From Bacteroidota bacterium (GTDB taxonomy: Bacteria > Bacteroidota > Bacteroidia > Bacteroidales > FEN-979): DNA of 39,077 nt. The notes beneath the pieces are model-generated. The model had not been told where the DNA came from. It worked only from the letters and a program-made list of their open reading frames with translations, and searched no databases. Each line of letters begins with the position of its first letter. The stretch's first letter is position 1. Shown here piece after piece: positions 1 through 8,068 of this stretch. The position numbers and the translations under genes were made by a program. Where the stretch lies: contig JAPLDN010000344.1 in the NCBI GenBank assembly GCA_026391755.1, positions 1 to 39,077 of the forward strand, given 5' to 3'.

Positions 1-348
1 TTTTACCAGGGCCTTGTCGATTCCTATCGGCTTATCTTCCCCGGCTTTTATAATCAGACGCTCCCTCTTGTTTGTTGCTAACCTGTGATCGTTGGTAAAC
101 CGGATCTTCCCTGAAGTGGCGAAGCTGCATTCCATACAGAATTCGCATTTCCCAAGGTCAAGGCTGAAAGGCCCTGAAGTGATAGCTCCCGTGGGGCAGA
201 CAATCTCAGCCGATTTTTCTTCAGCAGGCGTAATATCGCTGCTTATCACGGGCCGGCCGCGGAACCCTTCGGGAATAACCGCCTTGCGAAGGTCTTTCAC
301 GTATTGCCGTCCGTGCTGATGAAATATTTTGAAAATACTTAAAGCCAT
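1..348 (-). CDS. Ehr/hydrogenase-4-like Fe-S subunit, N-terminal ferredoxin-like part (partial, runs off the window; probably fused to a NuoB/HyfI-like domain)
   Basis: Not in the ORF track. Hand translation from ATG at 348 gives MALSIFKIFHQHGRQYVKDLRKAVIPEGFRGRPVIS...VCPTGAI...DLGKCEFCMECSF..., with FRGRP, CPTGAI and CxxCxxC motifs. Starts 3 nt after the large-subunit stop. Confidence 0.8.
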   Translation of the reverse strand, partial: MALSIFKIFHQHGRQYVKDLRKAVIPEGFRGRPVISSDITPAEEKSAEIVCPTGAITSGPFSLDLGKCEFCMECSFATSGKIRFTNDHRLATNKRERLIIKAGEDKPIGIDKALVK

Positions 349-351
349 TTT

Positions 352-1857
352 TTACAGGTCATGTCCGCAATACGATAAATTAAAACTCTTGTTACATAAG
401 GGGAAATCGGAGATTTCCTGGTTCCTTACAGCCAGCGCCAACGACATCCAGTTATGGAATGAAGGGTCTTTTACCTTGTAATGAATGATCTTCCCGTCCT
501 GGTCTGTGACTGCGGAATGCATTATCTCGCCCCTCCAGCCCTCGGCCAGCGACAAGGCAAAGCTTGAATGCTGAAGTTTGAATTCATATAAAGGTTGAGC
601 CGGATCCCTTTCAAAATCATTTATACTTAGAAGACCCCTGATCAGCTGAATTGATTTCTCAACTTCCTGCTTCCTGAGCATGGCCCTGGCCCAGACATCC
701 CCCTGGTGAAGGGTTCCGGGCTCATAATCAGAATCGGTAAAGGCCTGGAAGGGATGCGACCACCTGATATCACGTTTGACCCCGCTGCTTCTGGCAGCCA
801 TTCCAACAGCACCTATCATCCCTGCCTGGCGTGCATTGATTTTTCCTATACCTTCAAAACGACTGAGGACGCTGGGGTTTGTGAACATCTCATGCGTGAT
901 CTGCCCGAATCTTTTTTCAACCTCTTCCAGGTTTGAAAGCAGGATTTTAATAAAACCTCCGCTTAAAGGATAATGGCCTCCACCTGTCCGAACGAGGCCT
1001 TTCCCGAAACGGTTCCCGCACCACGACTGGGTTGTATTGATAACGATGGTGCGCAGGGCTTCATTCACAACCTGTCCGAACTGATAGGCAATATCGGTGC
1101 AAAGTGCTGCCGTGTCGCCAATGTGGACAGCGATCCGTTCAAGCTCGAGCGCAATAATGCGTTCGCTTGGCACGACTGCAGCAGGTGTTATTCCTGCAAG
1201 GATTTCCAACAGCTGGGCATGGGCGATTGAGTGACCCACTGCGGTATCGCCTGAAATGCTCTCAGCCAATACGGCACGCTGTATTCCCGAATGCTTTTGC
1301 AGGAATAGTGATTCTATTCCCCTGTGCTGGAAACCCAGCTGAATCTCAAGGTGCAGGACTTTCTCCCCATTGCAGCAGAAGCGAAAATACCCCGGTTCGA
1401 TGATCCCTGCGTGGATGGGGCCTACGCCCACTTCATGGATGCCTTCGCCTTCGATGGAGAAGAAGGGATATCGGATATCCGATATCTGATATCTGACATC
1501 TGACATCTGATATCGTACCGGTTTCATCCAGGGATGCCCTGTGAATTTCACTCCATATTGTTCACTGATCTCTCGTTCATACAGATGAAATGAAGGATGT
1601 GAGACAGTTAGAGAATCAAGCACAGGAATGGGAGAGGATTGCTGTTCATGTGAAAGCAGTACCAGGAAATGATCACTGTCGGATGCGATGCAGCAGAAGA
1701 ACCTGAGTGCTGCGCCAAGCGGTACCGCGTGATATGTAACGCAGTGGCATCCCTCATCCGCCATCAATAAATTTATGTTATCCATGAATTCAGGATAACC
1801 GAGGAGAGGGATATCGGCGAGAGGAACAATAAAGGGGTTTGTATTAAGTATCAGCAT
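352..1857 (-). CDS. Ehr complex large subunit (HyfG/HycE-like NuoC+NuoD fusion) lacking NiFe-binding cysteines
   Basis: Motifs YEREISEQYGVKFTGHPW, VGPIHAGIIEPGYFRF, GFQHRGIE, EGWRGEI, KVKDPSFHNW and C-terminal DFPLCNKSFNLSYCGHDL. The L1 site reads ESISGDTAVGH instead of RxCGxCxxxH. Confidence 0.88.
   Translation of the reverse strand: MLILNTNPFIVPLADIPLLGYPEFMDNINLLMADEGCHCVTYHAVPLGAALRFFCCIASDSDHFLVLLSHEQQSSPIPVLDSLTVSHPSFHLYEREISEQYGVKFTGHPWMKPVRYQMSDVRYQISDIRYPFFSIEGEGIHEVGVGPIHAGIIEPGYFRFCCNGEKVLHLEIQLGFQHRGIESLFLQKHSGIQRAVLAESISGDTAVGHSIAHAQLLEILAGITPAAVVPSERIIALELERIAVHIGDTAALCTDIAYQFGQVVNEALRTIVINTTQSWCGNRFGKGLVRTGGGHYPLSGGFIKILLSNLEEVEKRFGQITHEMFTNPSVLSRFEGIGKINARQAGMIGAVGMAARSSGVKRDIRWSHPFQAFTDSDYEPGTLHQGDVWARAMLRKQEVEKSIQLIRGLLSINDFERDPAQPLYEFKLQHSSFALSLAEGWRGEIMHSAVTDQDGKIIHYKVKDPSFHNWMSLALAVRNQEISDFPLCNKSFNLSYCGHDL
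1467..1515. repeat. 7 x 7-bp GAYATCN tandem array, in frame inside the Ehr large subunit
   Basis: gatatcg gatatcc gatatct gatatct gacatct gacatct gatatcg, translated as RYQMSDVRYQISDIRY. Confidence 0.95.
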
Positions 1858-1877
1858 GAATAGCGATAATTATATTA

Positions 1878-1947
1878 ACGAGCATTTTACACAAGCCGCA
1901 TCAGGTGCAGCAAAGCGGAACCGTAGCGGCGGTGTAAAGATACGAGT
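1878..1947. repeat. Intergenic imperfect palindrome (REP-like hairpin)
   Basis: tttacac(1886-92)/gtgtaaa(1932-38), gccgc/gcggc, ggt/acc and a gc-aaa-gc apex. CGAG on both basal arms could form a tandem G.A pair. Confidence 0.6.
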
Positions 1948-1973
1948 GCAGACACGATCATCACGTTTTTCAA

Positions 1974-3413
1974 TCATTTCGGCAGGTTTTGAATAATATC
2001 ATTGATCAGATCCCTGAAAAAAGCCGGCTGGGAAAAACAGATAAAAATTACAAGGCCGAACAGCACAAATTGTGAAACTGTTTGCCAGGGATTTACCTTC
2101 TCATGAAGTTTGCCCGATGCAGTGCGTGGCTGTGAAAAGACAATATGTAAAACCCTTGTAAGCAGTGCATAAAGAACATAGCAAAGCAAAAGGGCGGCCA
2201 CGGCCAGGTACAGGTAATCCCCGTTTGCTACCATGGCTTTGAACAGCAGCAGTTCCGAAATAAACATCCCCGAAGGAGGGATGGCGGTTATACAAAGAAG
2301 TCCGAGCAAAAGGGCAGTTGCACCGGCAGGATAAAGATTCATGTAATTTCCCGATTCGTCAAGGTTGTAAGTACCCATGACTTTGTACGATTGCCCCATC
2401 TGGTAGAAAAGACCGGCTTTCGCAAAAGAGTGAAGAATGATATGCAGTATGGCTGCATAATATCCTATGCCGCCCATCCCAAGCGCAATAGCAACAATAC
2501 CCATATTTTCCAGGCTGGAGTAGGCCAGCATACGCTTGTTGTGCTTGGCTTTGAGCATGTAACCGGCTGAAATCAGGAGTGAGAGGAATCCTGAAAGAAG
2601 CAAGACATGGTTCATAAAAGGCAGGATGGGTGTAGCCGAAAACAGTGCGTAAATTCGGAAAATCGCAAGGAACCCAACATTCATGAGAGCAGTCGAAATA
2701 AAAGCGCTGATGGGCGGAGGAGCCACGGTATGTGCATCCACGGTCACAGTATGCATTGGAAAGAGTCCCATTTTAGTACTGTAACCCACGAGTACGAAAA
2801 CAAACGCGATCTTAAGATACAGAGGGTTGGCCATGCGGGCAATCTCAGTTATTGAAGAAAATGAAAGATGCAGCAGGCGGGCATCTCTCACTGTAAACCC
2901 CAGGAAAAGAATACCGATATATGCGAGGGCGATACCAATTGAACAAACAAAAACATATTTCCAGGTAGCTTCAAGGGCAATTGCTGTACGGTCATGGTAG
3001 ATAAGGGCAGCTACCGCAAGCGTCGTAGCTTCCACGAAGATCCAGACTGTCGTCATCCCGTTGGCGAGGTAAGCTCCCGTCATTGAAGCAATCAGGGCAA
3101 TCAGGGCCGCATGATAAATTGCATAAATTCTTGGCGGATCATTTTTTACATAAATGAATCCATGGTAAACTGTTGTAATACTTAATACAGAAAGCACCGA
3201 CTGCAGTAACAGTCCCAAGGTGTCGAATGTAAAATAATCAAGTATGGTCTCCCCCCTGTGTGTCCAGCAATAGATCGTAAACCCAATGTGAACAAGGGTA
3301 TAGAATGATGTAAGCGCCCGTGCCAGAGGTTTTGAATGGATAAGTCCAACCATCAATCCGATCACCAGGGAGATGGCGAAAAAGAGGATGAATATATTTG
3401 TAACGCTAATCAT
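1974..3413 (-). CDS. hyfF: HyfF-like proton-translocating antiporter subunit (NuoM/NuoN/MrpD family)
   Basis: Highly hydrophobic; WIFVEATT, LEATWKY, GYSTKMGLFPMH, DAHTVAPPPISA, KRMLAYSSLEN, HSFAKAGLF. Confidence 0.88.
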   Translation of the reverse strand: MISVTNIFILFFAISLVIGLMVGLIHSKPLARALTSFYTLVHIGFTIYCWTHRGETILDYFTFDTLGLLLQSVLSVLSITTVYHGFIYVKNDPPRIYAIYHAALIALIASMTGAYLANGMTTVWIFVEATTLAVAALIYHDRTAIALEATWKYVFVCSIGIALAYIGILFLGFTVRDARLLHLSFSSITEIARMANPLYLKIAFVFVLVGYSTKMGLFPMHTVTVDAHTVAPPPISAFISTALMNVGFLAIFRIYALFSATPILPFMNHVLLLSGFLSLLISAGYMLKAKHNKRMLAYSSLENMGIVAIALGMGGIGYYAAILHIILHSFAKAGLFYQMGQSYKVMGTYNLDESGNYMNLYPAGATALLLGLLCITAIPPSGMFISELLLFKAMVANGDYLYLAVAALLLCYVLYALLTRVLHIVFSQPRTASGKLHEKVNPWQTVSQFVLFGLVIFICFSQPAFFRDLINDIIQNLPK

Positions 3414-3869
3414 CTTTCAAAATCGTTAAATCATCGGTCTGTTGCCTCAGGCGCATCACAAAGATCCCCAGTATGAGCAGGTAAATACGGCAAAGAATGA
3501 AACAATAAAGAACAGCAGGTTATAGGGGGTTGTATTCATTGAAAAGGAAACCACTATACTAAGCAACAGCCCCATGGTCACGAATAGCAGCGAATAGAAC
3601 GAGGGTAATGCTTTTTCGTGGACCCTTGCCACACCTGTCTTACGGATCACGGTAAATAAAAGGTAAGGTACCACGATCACTTTAAAGAGCAGGGTTTCAA
3701 TTGCAACAAAAAGTACCGTTGCCAGTGTGATCCTGTCAAGCTGCAAAAAAGATAAACCAAACAGCAGCAAGCCCTGCAGGCCAACAAGTCCTGCATATAT
3801 CCTGAACCTCTCGGTAACGCTGAGGTAGATCAGGCTGATCGCAAAGACGATGATGAGCATTGATGTCAT
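3406..3869 (-). pseudogene. hyfE: HyfE-like membrane subunit, disrupted by an internal deletion and frameshift (or a misassembly)
   Basis: The ORF 3456..3869 is only 137 aa and ends in CSYWGSL. A HyfE-type C-terminus LLILGIFVMRLRQQTDDLTILKDD* is in another frame at 3480..3406 and overlaps the hyfF ATG. The two pieces total about 153 aa versus roughly 200+ expected, and the conserved EN-containing helix is absent. Confidence 0.75.
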
Positions 3870-3870
3870 G

Positions 3871-4839
3871 TCAGCGGATGAGGTTGCGGGTTAATAGTAA
3901 TACAAGGATAAAAGCGATCAGGGCGATGGAGCTCAGGGTCACGATGAACTGCGGATTTTTAGCCAGTTTTTTCCTTGCGCGGAAGGATTCCATGAGCCCG
4001 ATGGCAGCGGCGAATGCGGCCTGTACTAGCAGGAAGATAATACCATTCAGGAGGGTTGCCATCAGGTGAACCGTTAACGGTGAACCGTGAATGGCTGCAG
4101 TCACTAAAAACCAGTCATAGTTCACCGGCATAAAGAAATTGGCAATCAGTCCGCCGTATAATACGAACTTCAGGTTTGTACCTGTTTGTATGAAGGCAAG
4201 GTCGACCCCGCTGTAATCGAGGATCATCACTTCGTGGACCATGGTGAGTTCGAGATGAGTTTTAGGGTCATCGACAGGCATCCGGCTATTCTCGATCATT
4301 GCGATCTGCACCAGGAGGTAAATTGCAATGGCGCCTGCGATGAGGGAGAATTCACCCGCAAACTGGAAATGTGAAAAGATATCCTGCATTGAGAGATGGC
4401 CGGAAAGCAATGCCAGGGTGCCGAGCAGAATGAAAAATGCAGGTTCGGTAAGCATGGAATACAGGGCTTCGCGGTTGGCTCCCATCCCTTCGAAGCTGCT
4501 TCCGGTATCGAGTGCCCCGAGAATAAAAAGGAGTTTTCCCAGCGCGAGCAGGTATGCAAAAAGGATAAAGTCGCCTTCAAATCCAAGTACGGAAGACATG
4601 CCGGGGAAAGGCAGTAGCATCAGGGCACAGCAAATGGTAGCAAGGTAAACGGCAGGGGCCAGCCTGAAGATGAAACTGGTAGCGGTGCTAAATACGCTGC
4701 TTTTCCTGAACAGAAGGATAATGTTCTTCCAAGGCTGCAATATCCCCGGGCCTTTGCGGCCGCTGGCAATGCTTTTCACCCTGAGAATGATTCCCGGGAA
4801 AAAGATTGCAGATACTATAGCCAGCAGGGTTCCTGTCAT
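3871..4839 (-). CDS. hyfC: HyfC/HycD-like membrane subunit (NuoH family)
   Basis: GRKGPGILQPW, GALDTGSSFEGMGANRE, ENSRMPVDDPKTHLELTMVHEVMILDYSG. Start overlaps the upstream stop (ATGA). Confidence 0.9.
   Translation of the reverse strand: MTGTLLAIVSAIFFPGIILRVKSIASGRKGPGILQPWKNIILLFRKSSVFSTATSFIFRLAPAVYLATICCALMLLPFPGMSSVLGFEGDFILFAYLLALGKLLFILGALDTGSSFEGMGANREALYSMLTEPAFFILLGTLALLSGHLSMQDIFSHFQFAGEFSLIAGAIAIYLLVQIAMIENSRMPVDDPKTHLELTMVHEVMILDYSGVDLAFIQTGTNLKFVLYGGLIANFFMPVNYDWFLVTAAIHGSPLTVHLMATLLNGIIFLLVQAAFAAAIGLMESFRARKKLAKNPQFIVTLSSIALIAFILVLLLTRNLIR
4066..4093. repeat. 4 x 7-bp GTKAAYS array in frame inside hyfC
   Basis: gtgaacc gttaacg gtgaacc gtgaatg, within the stretch encoding IHGSPLTVH. 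Confidence 0.7.
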
Positions 4840-6860
4840 ATCAGTTTCAGATAAAGAAGAGCAAAGATCAGGAGGATAAAAATAAAAGCATACAGCACGT
4901 AATGCCTGATATTCCCGGTTTGAAGCCGGGCCAGTTTTTTCAGTACCAGCCAGGACAGGTCGGTGAGCTTACCCAGGCTTTTGCTGAAAATATCGCTGGT
5001 TTGAATATGTATCGAACGTTTGTGCGGGAAGATATCATCGGCTGCAATGGCCCTGAATTCCTCCTTGTTTTGCAACACAGGCTGGGCCAGTTCGGAGAGG
5101 TTCCCGGCAAATGATGTCCCGGTATATTGCTGCCTTACGGTCCCTTCGGTATACCCGCAGCCCCAGGTGGGGCCGTACATTACTTCCCGGTTTTTCAGCA
5201 ATCGTAATCTTAACAAAAGAATTGCGGTTACAAGAGTTACCAGGATAAGCCCGAAAAGACTGATTTTATTTAATGCAGCGACTGGAAATATGCCTGCATG
5301 AAGAACACCCGGATGGAACTGTGTTTCAACAAGCCCGGCAATGGGAGTGATAAAGACAAGGGGCATAAGTCCGATCCCAAGTATCACAAAGGCAATCAGC
5401 AACTGGGGAAAGATCATATCCCGGGTAATAGTATCTGATTGTATATGGATGTCCTTTCTGGGGTTGCCGAGAAAACTAATGCCAAAAGCCCTTGAGAAGC
5501 TGAAAATTGCCAGTCCTCCTATCAGTGTAAGGCTGAGAATAATCAGCAGGAAGAGGATGGAAAGGTATTCGTTTCCCGCTGAAAGCCCTTTAAAAAATCC
5601 AACATAAAGAAGAAATTCCGAGATGAACCCGTTCAGGGGAGGAAGGGCGCATATAGCGGCCGAGCCGAAAAGGAACAAGCCTGCAGTGCGCGGAAGCGAA
5701 TGTACAAGCCCTCCCAGTTCTTCAATATTCCTTGTATGCGTTGCCCTGAAAACTGAGCCCGATCCATAAAAAAGAAGGGATTTGAACAGTGAATGGTTCA
5801 GGACATGGAGCAGGCTGCCGGTGAAGCCCAGGACGGTAAGAACAGGGTTATGCAACGCAACCCCGATGGATCCAAGGCCCATTCCCAGCCCGATGATCCC
5901 GATATTTTCAATTGTAGAATAGGCCAGAATCCGTTTAATGTCTTTCTGGGCTGTAGAAAATAAAATACCAAGCAATCCGGTGCCGGCCGAGACTATGAGC
6001 AGGACCAGGCCAATAGTATACCAGTCGGACTGTATTGACGTCAATACACGGAAAATGCCATAGATCCCCATTTTGATCATCACTCCCGACATCACCCCCG
6101 AAACATGGGATGGGGCAGCGGGATGCGCTTCGGGGAGCCAGGTGTGGAAAGGCATAAACCCTGCTTTAATTCCAAATCCTGCAAAGAACAGCAGGAAAAG
6201 GCCAATATTGTTGTGATTAGAAAACCAGGCTGGAAGTGCATCGAAGCTCATATTCCCGGTGCCGGCTTCAGTGATAAGGAATGCAATCAGCAGGAAAATA
6301 AAACCAATATGCATCTGGACAAGGTAATTGACCGCTGTTTTCAGGGTGGACCGTTTTTCAGCTTCAAATAATATCAGCATGAAAGATGAAACGGCCATCA
6401 GCTCCCATGCGATAAGGAATGATAGCCCGTCGCGTAATGTAAGGACTGCCAGCATGGAAAGATGAAGCCAGGTATAGCTGAAATAATGAAGTGAAAACTG
6501 GGCCGGGTTTTTTGTTTTTTCATATGCTTTGAGATAGCCCCTCGAGTAGAGCATTCCTGTAAAAACGGTGAAGTTCGTGACCAGTATGAAAAATGAACTG
6601 AGTTTATCAATGGCAAAACGTAACTCGCCAAGGTCCCCCTTGAATATCCAGGTTGAAGAAGAAAGAGAGGCTGACAGCGGGTTGCCTGAAACATTCCCGG
6701 CAATATCCACAGTACCGATAAATTGTAAAGCAGCAGGGACAGATGTTACAAGACTGATAAACAAGATCAGCGTGAGAGTATAGTAATACCGGTACTTTCC
6801 AGGGACTACCAGGATAAGAAATGAACCAAGTACTGCAGCAGGAATAAAGAATTGCTCCAT
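4836..6860 (-). CDS. hyfB: HyfB-like antiporter subunit (NuoL/MrpA family), first gene of the Ehr operon
   Basis: FLIAWELMAVSSF, GFGIKAGFMPFHTWLPEAHPAAPSHVSG, KRILAYSTIENIG, NHSLFKSLLF, PPLNGFISE, TWGCGY, LQTGNI. Confidence 0.9.
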   Translation of the reverse strand: MEQFFIPAAVLGSFLILVVPGKYRYYYTLTLILFISLVTSVPAALQFIGTVDIAGNVSGNPLSASLSSSTWIFKGDLGELRFAIDKLSSFFILVTNFTVFTGMLYSRGYLKAYEKTKNPAQFSLHYFSYTWLHLSMLAVLTLRDGLSFLIAWELMAVSSFMLILFEAEKRSTLKTAVNYLVQMHIGFIFLLIAFLITEAGTGNMSFDALPAWFSNHNNIGLFLLFFAGFGIKAGFMPFHTWLPEAHPAAPSHVSGVMSGVMIKMGIYGIFRVLTSIQSDWYTIGLVLLIVSAGTGLLGILFSTAQKDIKRILAYSTIENIGIIGLGMGLGSIGVALHNPVLTVLGFTGSLLHVLNHSLFKSLLFYGSGSVFRATHTRNIEELGGLVHSLPRTAGLFLFGSAAICALPPLNGFISEFLLYVGFFKGLSAGNEYLSILFLLIILSLTLIGGLAIFSFSRAFGISFLGNPRKDIHIQSDTITRDMIFPQLLIAFVILGIGLMPLVFITPIAGLVETQFHPGVLHAGIFPVAALNKISLFGLILVTLVTAILLLRLRLLKNREVMYGPTWGCGYTEGTVRQQYTGTSFAGNLSELAQPVLQNKEEFRAIAADDIFPHKRSIHIQTSDIFSKSLGKLTDLSWLVLKKLARLQTGNIRHYVLYAFIFILLIFALLYLKLI

Positions 6861-6966
6861 CGCATCTGCAAAATAACGGCATTAAGCAGTTGTGAAGTTT
6901 ATTTGATAAGAGAACTTATAAACAAGGAGGTGTGTTAAACCTGATATGCAAAGAGGCAGTTGATGT

Positions 6967-7662
6967 CTAATAATATTTATCAACCTTGGGATTTCCCTTG
7001 CTGTCATAATAAGTCCACTTCCCGCTTTTTTTCCCGTTGGTCAAATATCCGTCGAAATCCTTCAGCCCGTTTTTATGATAACCCACCACCGGCCCGGTAT
7101 AAGGAGCCCCGTCAAGGAATTTTATCGCACCGCCCTTCAATCTTGTCCAGGGTACAGGTTCCTGCGCTTTTTCCACAACTGCTTCCGGGGCGCGGGCTTC
7201 ATGAGCTTTTGCAGGTTTTGGCGTCACGGCAGCTTTCTTTTCCGGAACTGCTGCGGCAACTGCTGCTGGCGCTGGAGTCGCTGGTTTAACAGAATCAACT
7301 AAGGTTCCCTCACTTGAAAGCAGCTTGCCATATTTATATGTTTCAACAGCCTGCTGCTGTCCGTTGTCTTGATAGTAGGTCCATGTACCATCTTTGACTC
7401 CTTCTTTGTAGTTTCCTTCCATTTTCTTTTGTCCGTTTGGGTAATAAAGGACCCACAAGCCTTCACGCAAACCTTTATCAATTCTTCCTTGCATAGCGAC
7501 CTTCCCGTTATTGTAATCTACTACCTCCCCCGTGAAGGGTTTATCTTTGTTGGCAAGGTAAAAAACGCCATTACGATCCTGCAACTGGCTAAAAGTCGCA
7601 ACATCGGAAGAACAGGCATAAAGAAATATCAGAATGCCGGAAATGAGTAAAATTTTTTTCAT
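6967..7662 (-). CDS. MORN-variant repeat (YwqK-like) lipoprotein with a Pro/Ala-rich linker
   Basis: Start reassigned to ATG 7662 (MKKILLISGILIFLYAC, lipobox). Repeats GLWVLYYPNGQKKMEGNYKEG, GTWTYYQDNGQ, GKWTYYDSKGN; two PFTG/PYTG-headed modules. Confidence 0.75.
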   Translation of the reverse strand: MKKILLISGILIFLYACSSDVATFSQLQDRNGVFYLANKDKPFTGEVVDYNNGKVAMQGRIDKGLREGLWVLYYPNGQKKMEGNYKEGVKDGTWTYYQDNGQQQAVETYKYGKLLSSEGTLVDSVKPATPAPAAVAAAVPEKKAAVTPKPAKAHEARAPEAVVEKAQEPVPWTRLKGGAIKFLDGAPYTGPVVGYHKNGLKDFDGYLTNGKKSGKWTYYDSKGNPKVDKYY

Positions 7663-7923
7663 GACAGATGTTTTTAAGTTCAAACTACGATTTTTTTTAA
7701 ACTTACCCGGATTTCGTTTTTGGCTGAAATTTAAATAGATGAAGAAATAAAGCACCAAATTAATAATTATTAATAATTCTTTCCCCATTCAAAGAAACCA
7801 AATTTTAATGAAAGATCGATTATTTTCTTGCTGATTCGGGACCTCCGAATTCATACAAAATCGCAATATGTTGAAATTAAGTCTCTTAGCACTGATGTTA
7901 TACTACGATATGCTTAATAATAC

Positions 7924-7958
7924 AAAAAAGGCCGGCAATGAATAAATGCCGGCCTTTT
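7924..7958 (-). terminator. Intrinsic terminator downstream of tRNA-Arg
   Basis: aaaaggccggca/tgccggcctttt stem; on the minus strand it ends in a T6 tract. Confidence 0.85.
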
Positions 7959-7971
7959 CGGTGTTTCTCAG

Positions 7972-8043
7972 TAGCCCCGATAGGAATCGAACCTATATTT
8001 AAAGTTTAGGAAACTTCCGTTCTATCCATTGAACTACGGGGCC
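7972..8043 (-). tRNA. tRNA-Arg, anticodon CCU (CCA not encoded)
   Basis: Reverse complement GGCCCCGTAGTTCAATGGATAGAACGGAAGTTTCCTAAACTTTAAATATAGGTTCGATTCCTATCGGGGCTA: acceptor GGCCCCG/CGGGGCT, anticodon loop TT-CCT-AA, T-arm GGTTCGATTCC. Confidence 0.95.
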
Positions 8044-8053
8044 AATGGGGGTG

Positions 8054-8061
8054 CAAAGGTA
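8054..8061 (-). promoter_or_regulatory. Bacteroidota sigma-A -7 element (TACCTTTG) for tRNA-Arg
   Basis: Exact TAnnTTTG match 10 nt upstream of the tRNA 5' end. Confidence 0.7.
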
Positions 8062-8068
8062 TAAAAAT

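Noticed and set aside
6640-6720. Long Ser/Gly-rich loop near the hyfB N-terminus as another repeat insertion
   Set aside because: No 7- or 8-bp periodicity is visible in the DNA.
6967-7971. Genomic island integrated at tRNA-Arg
   Set aside because: The flank is AT-rich, but I saw no integrase and no duplicated tRNA 3' end in the window.
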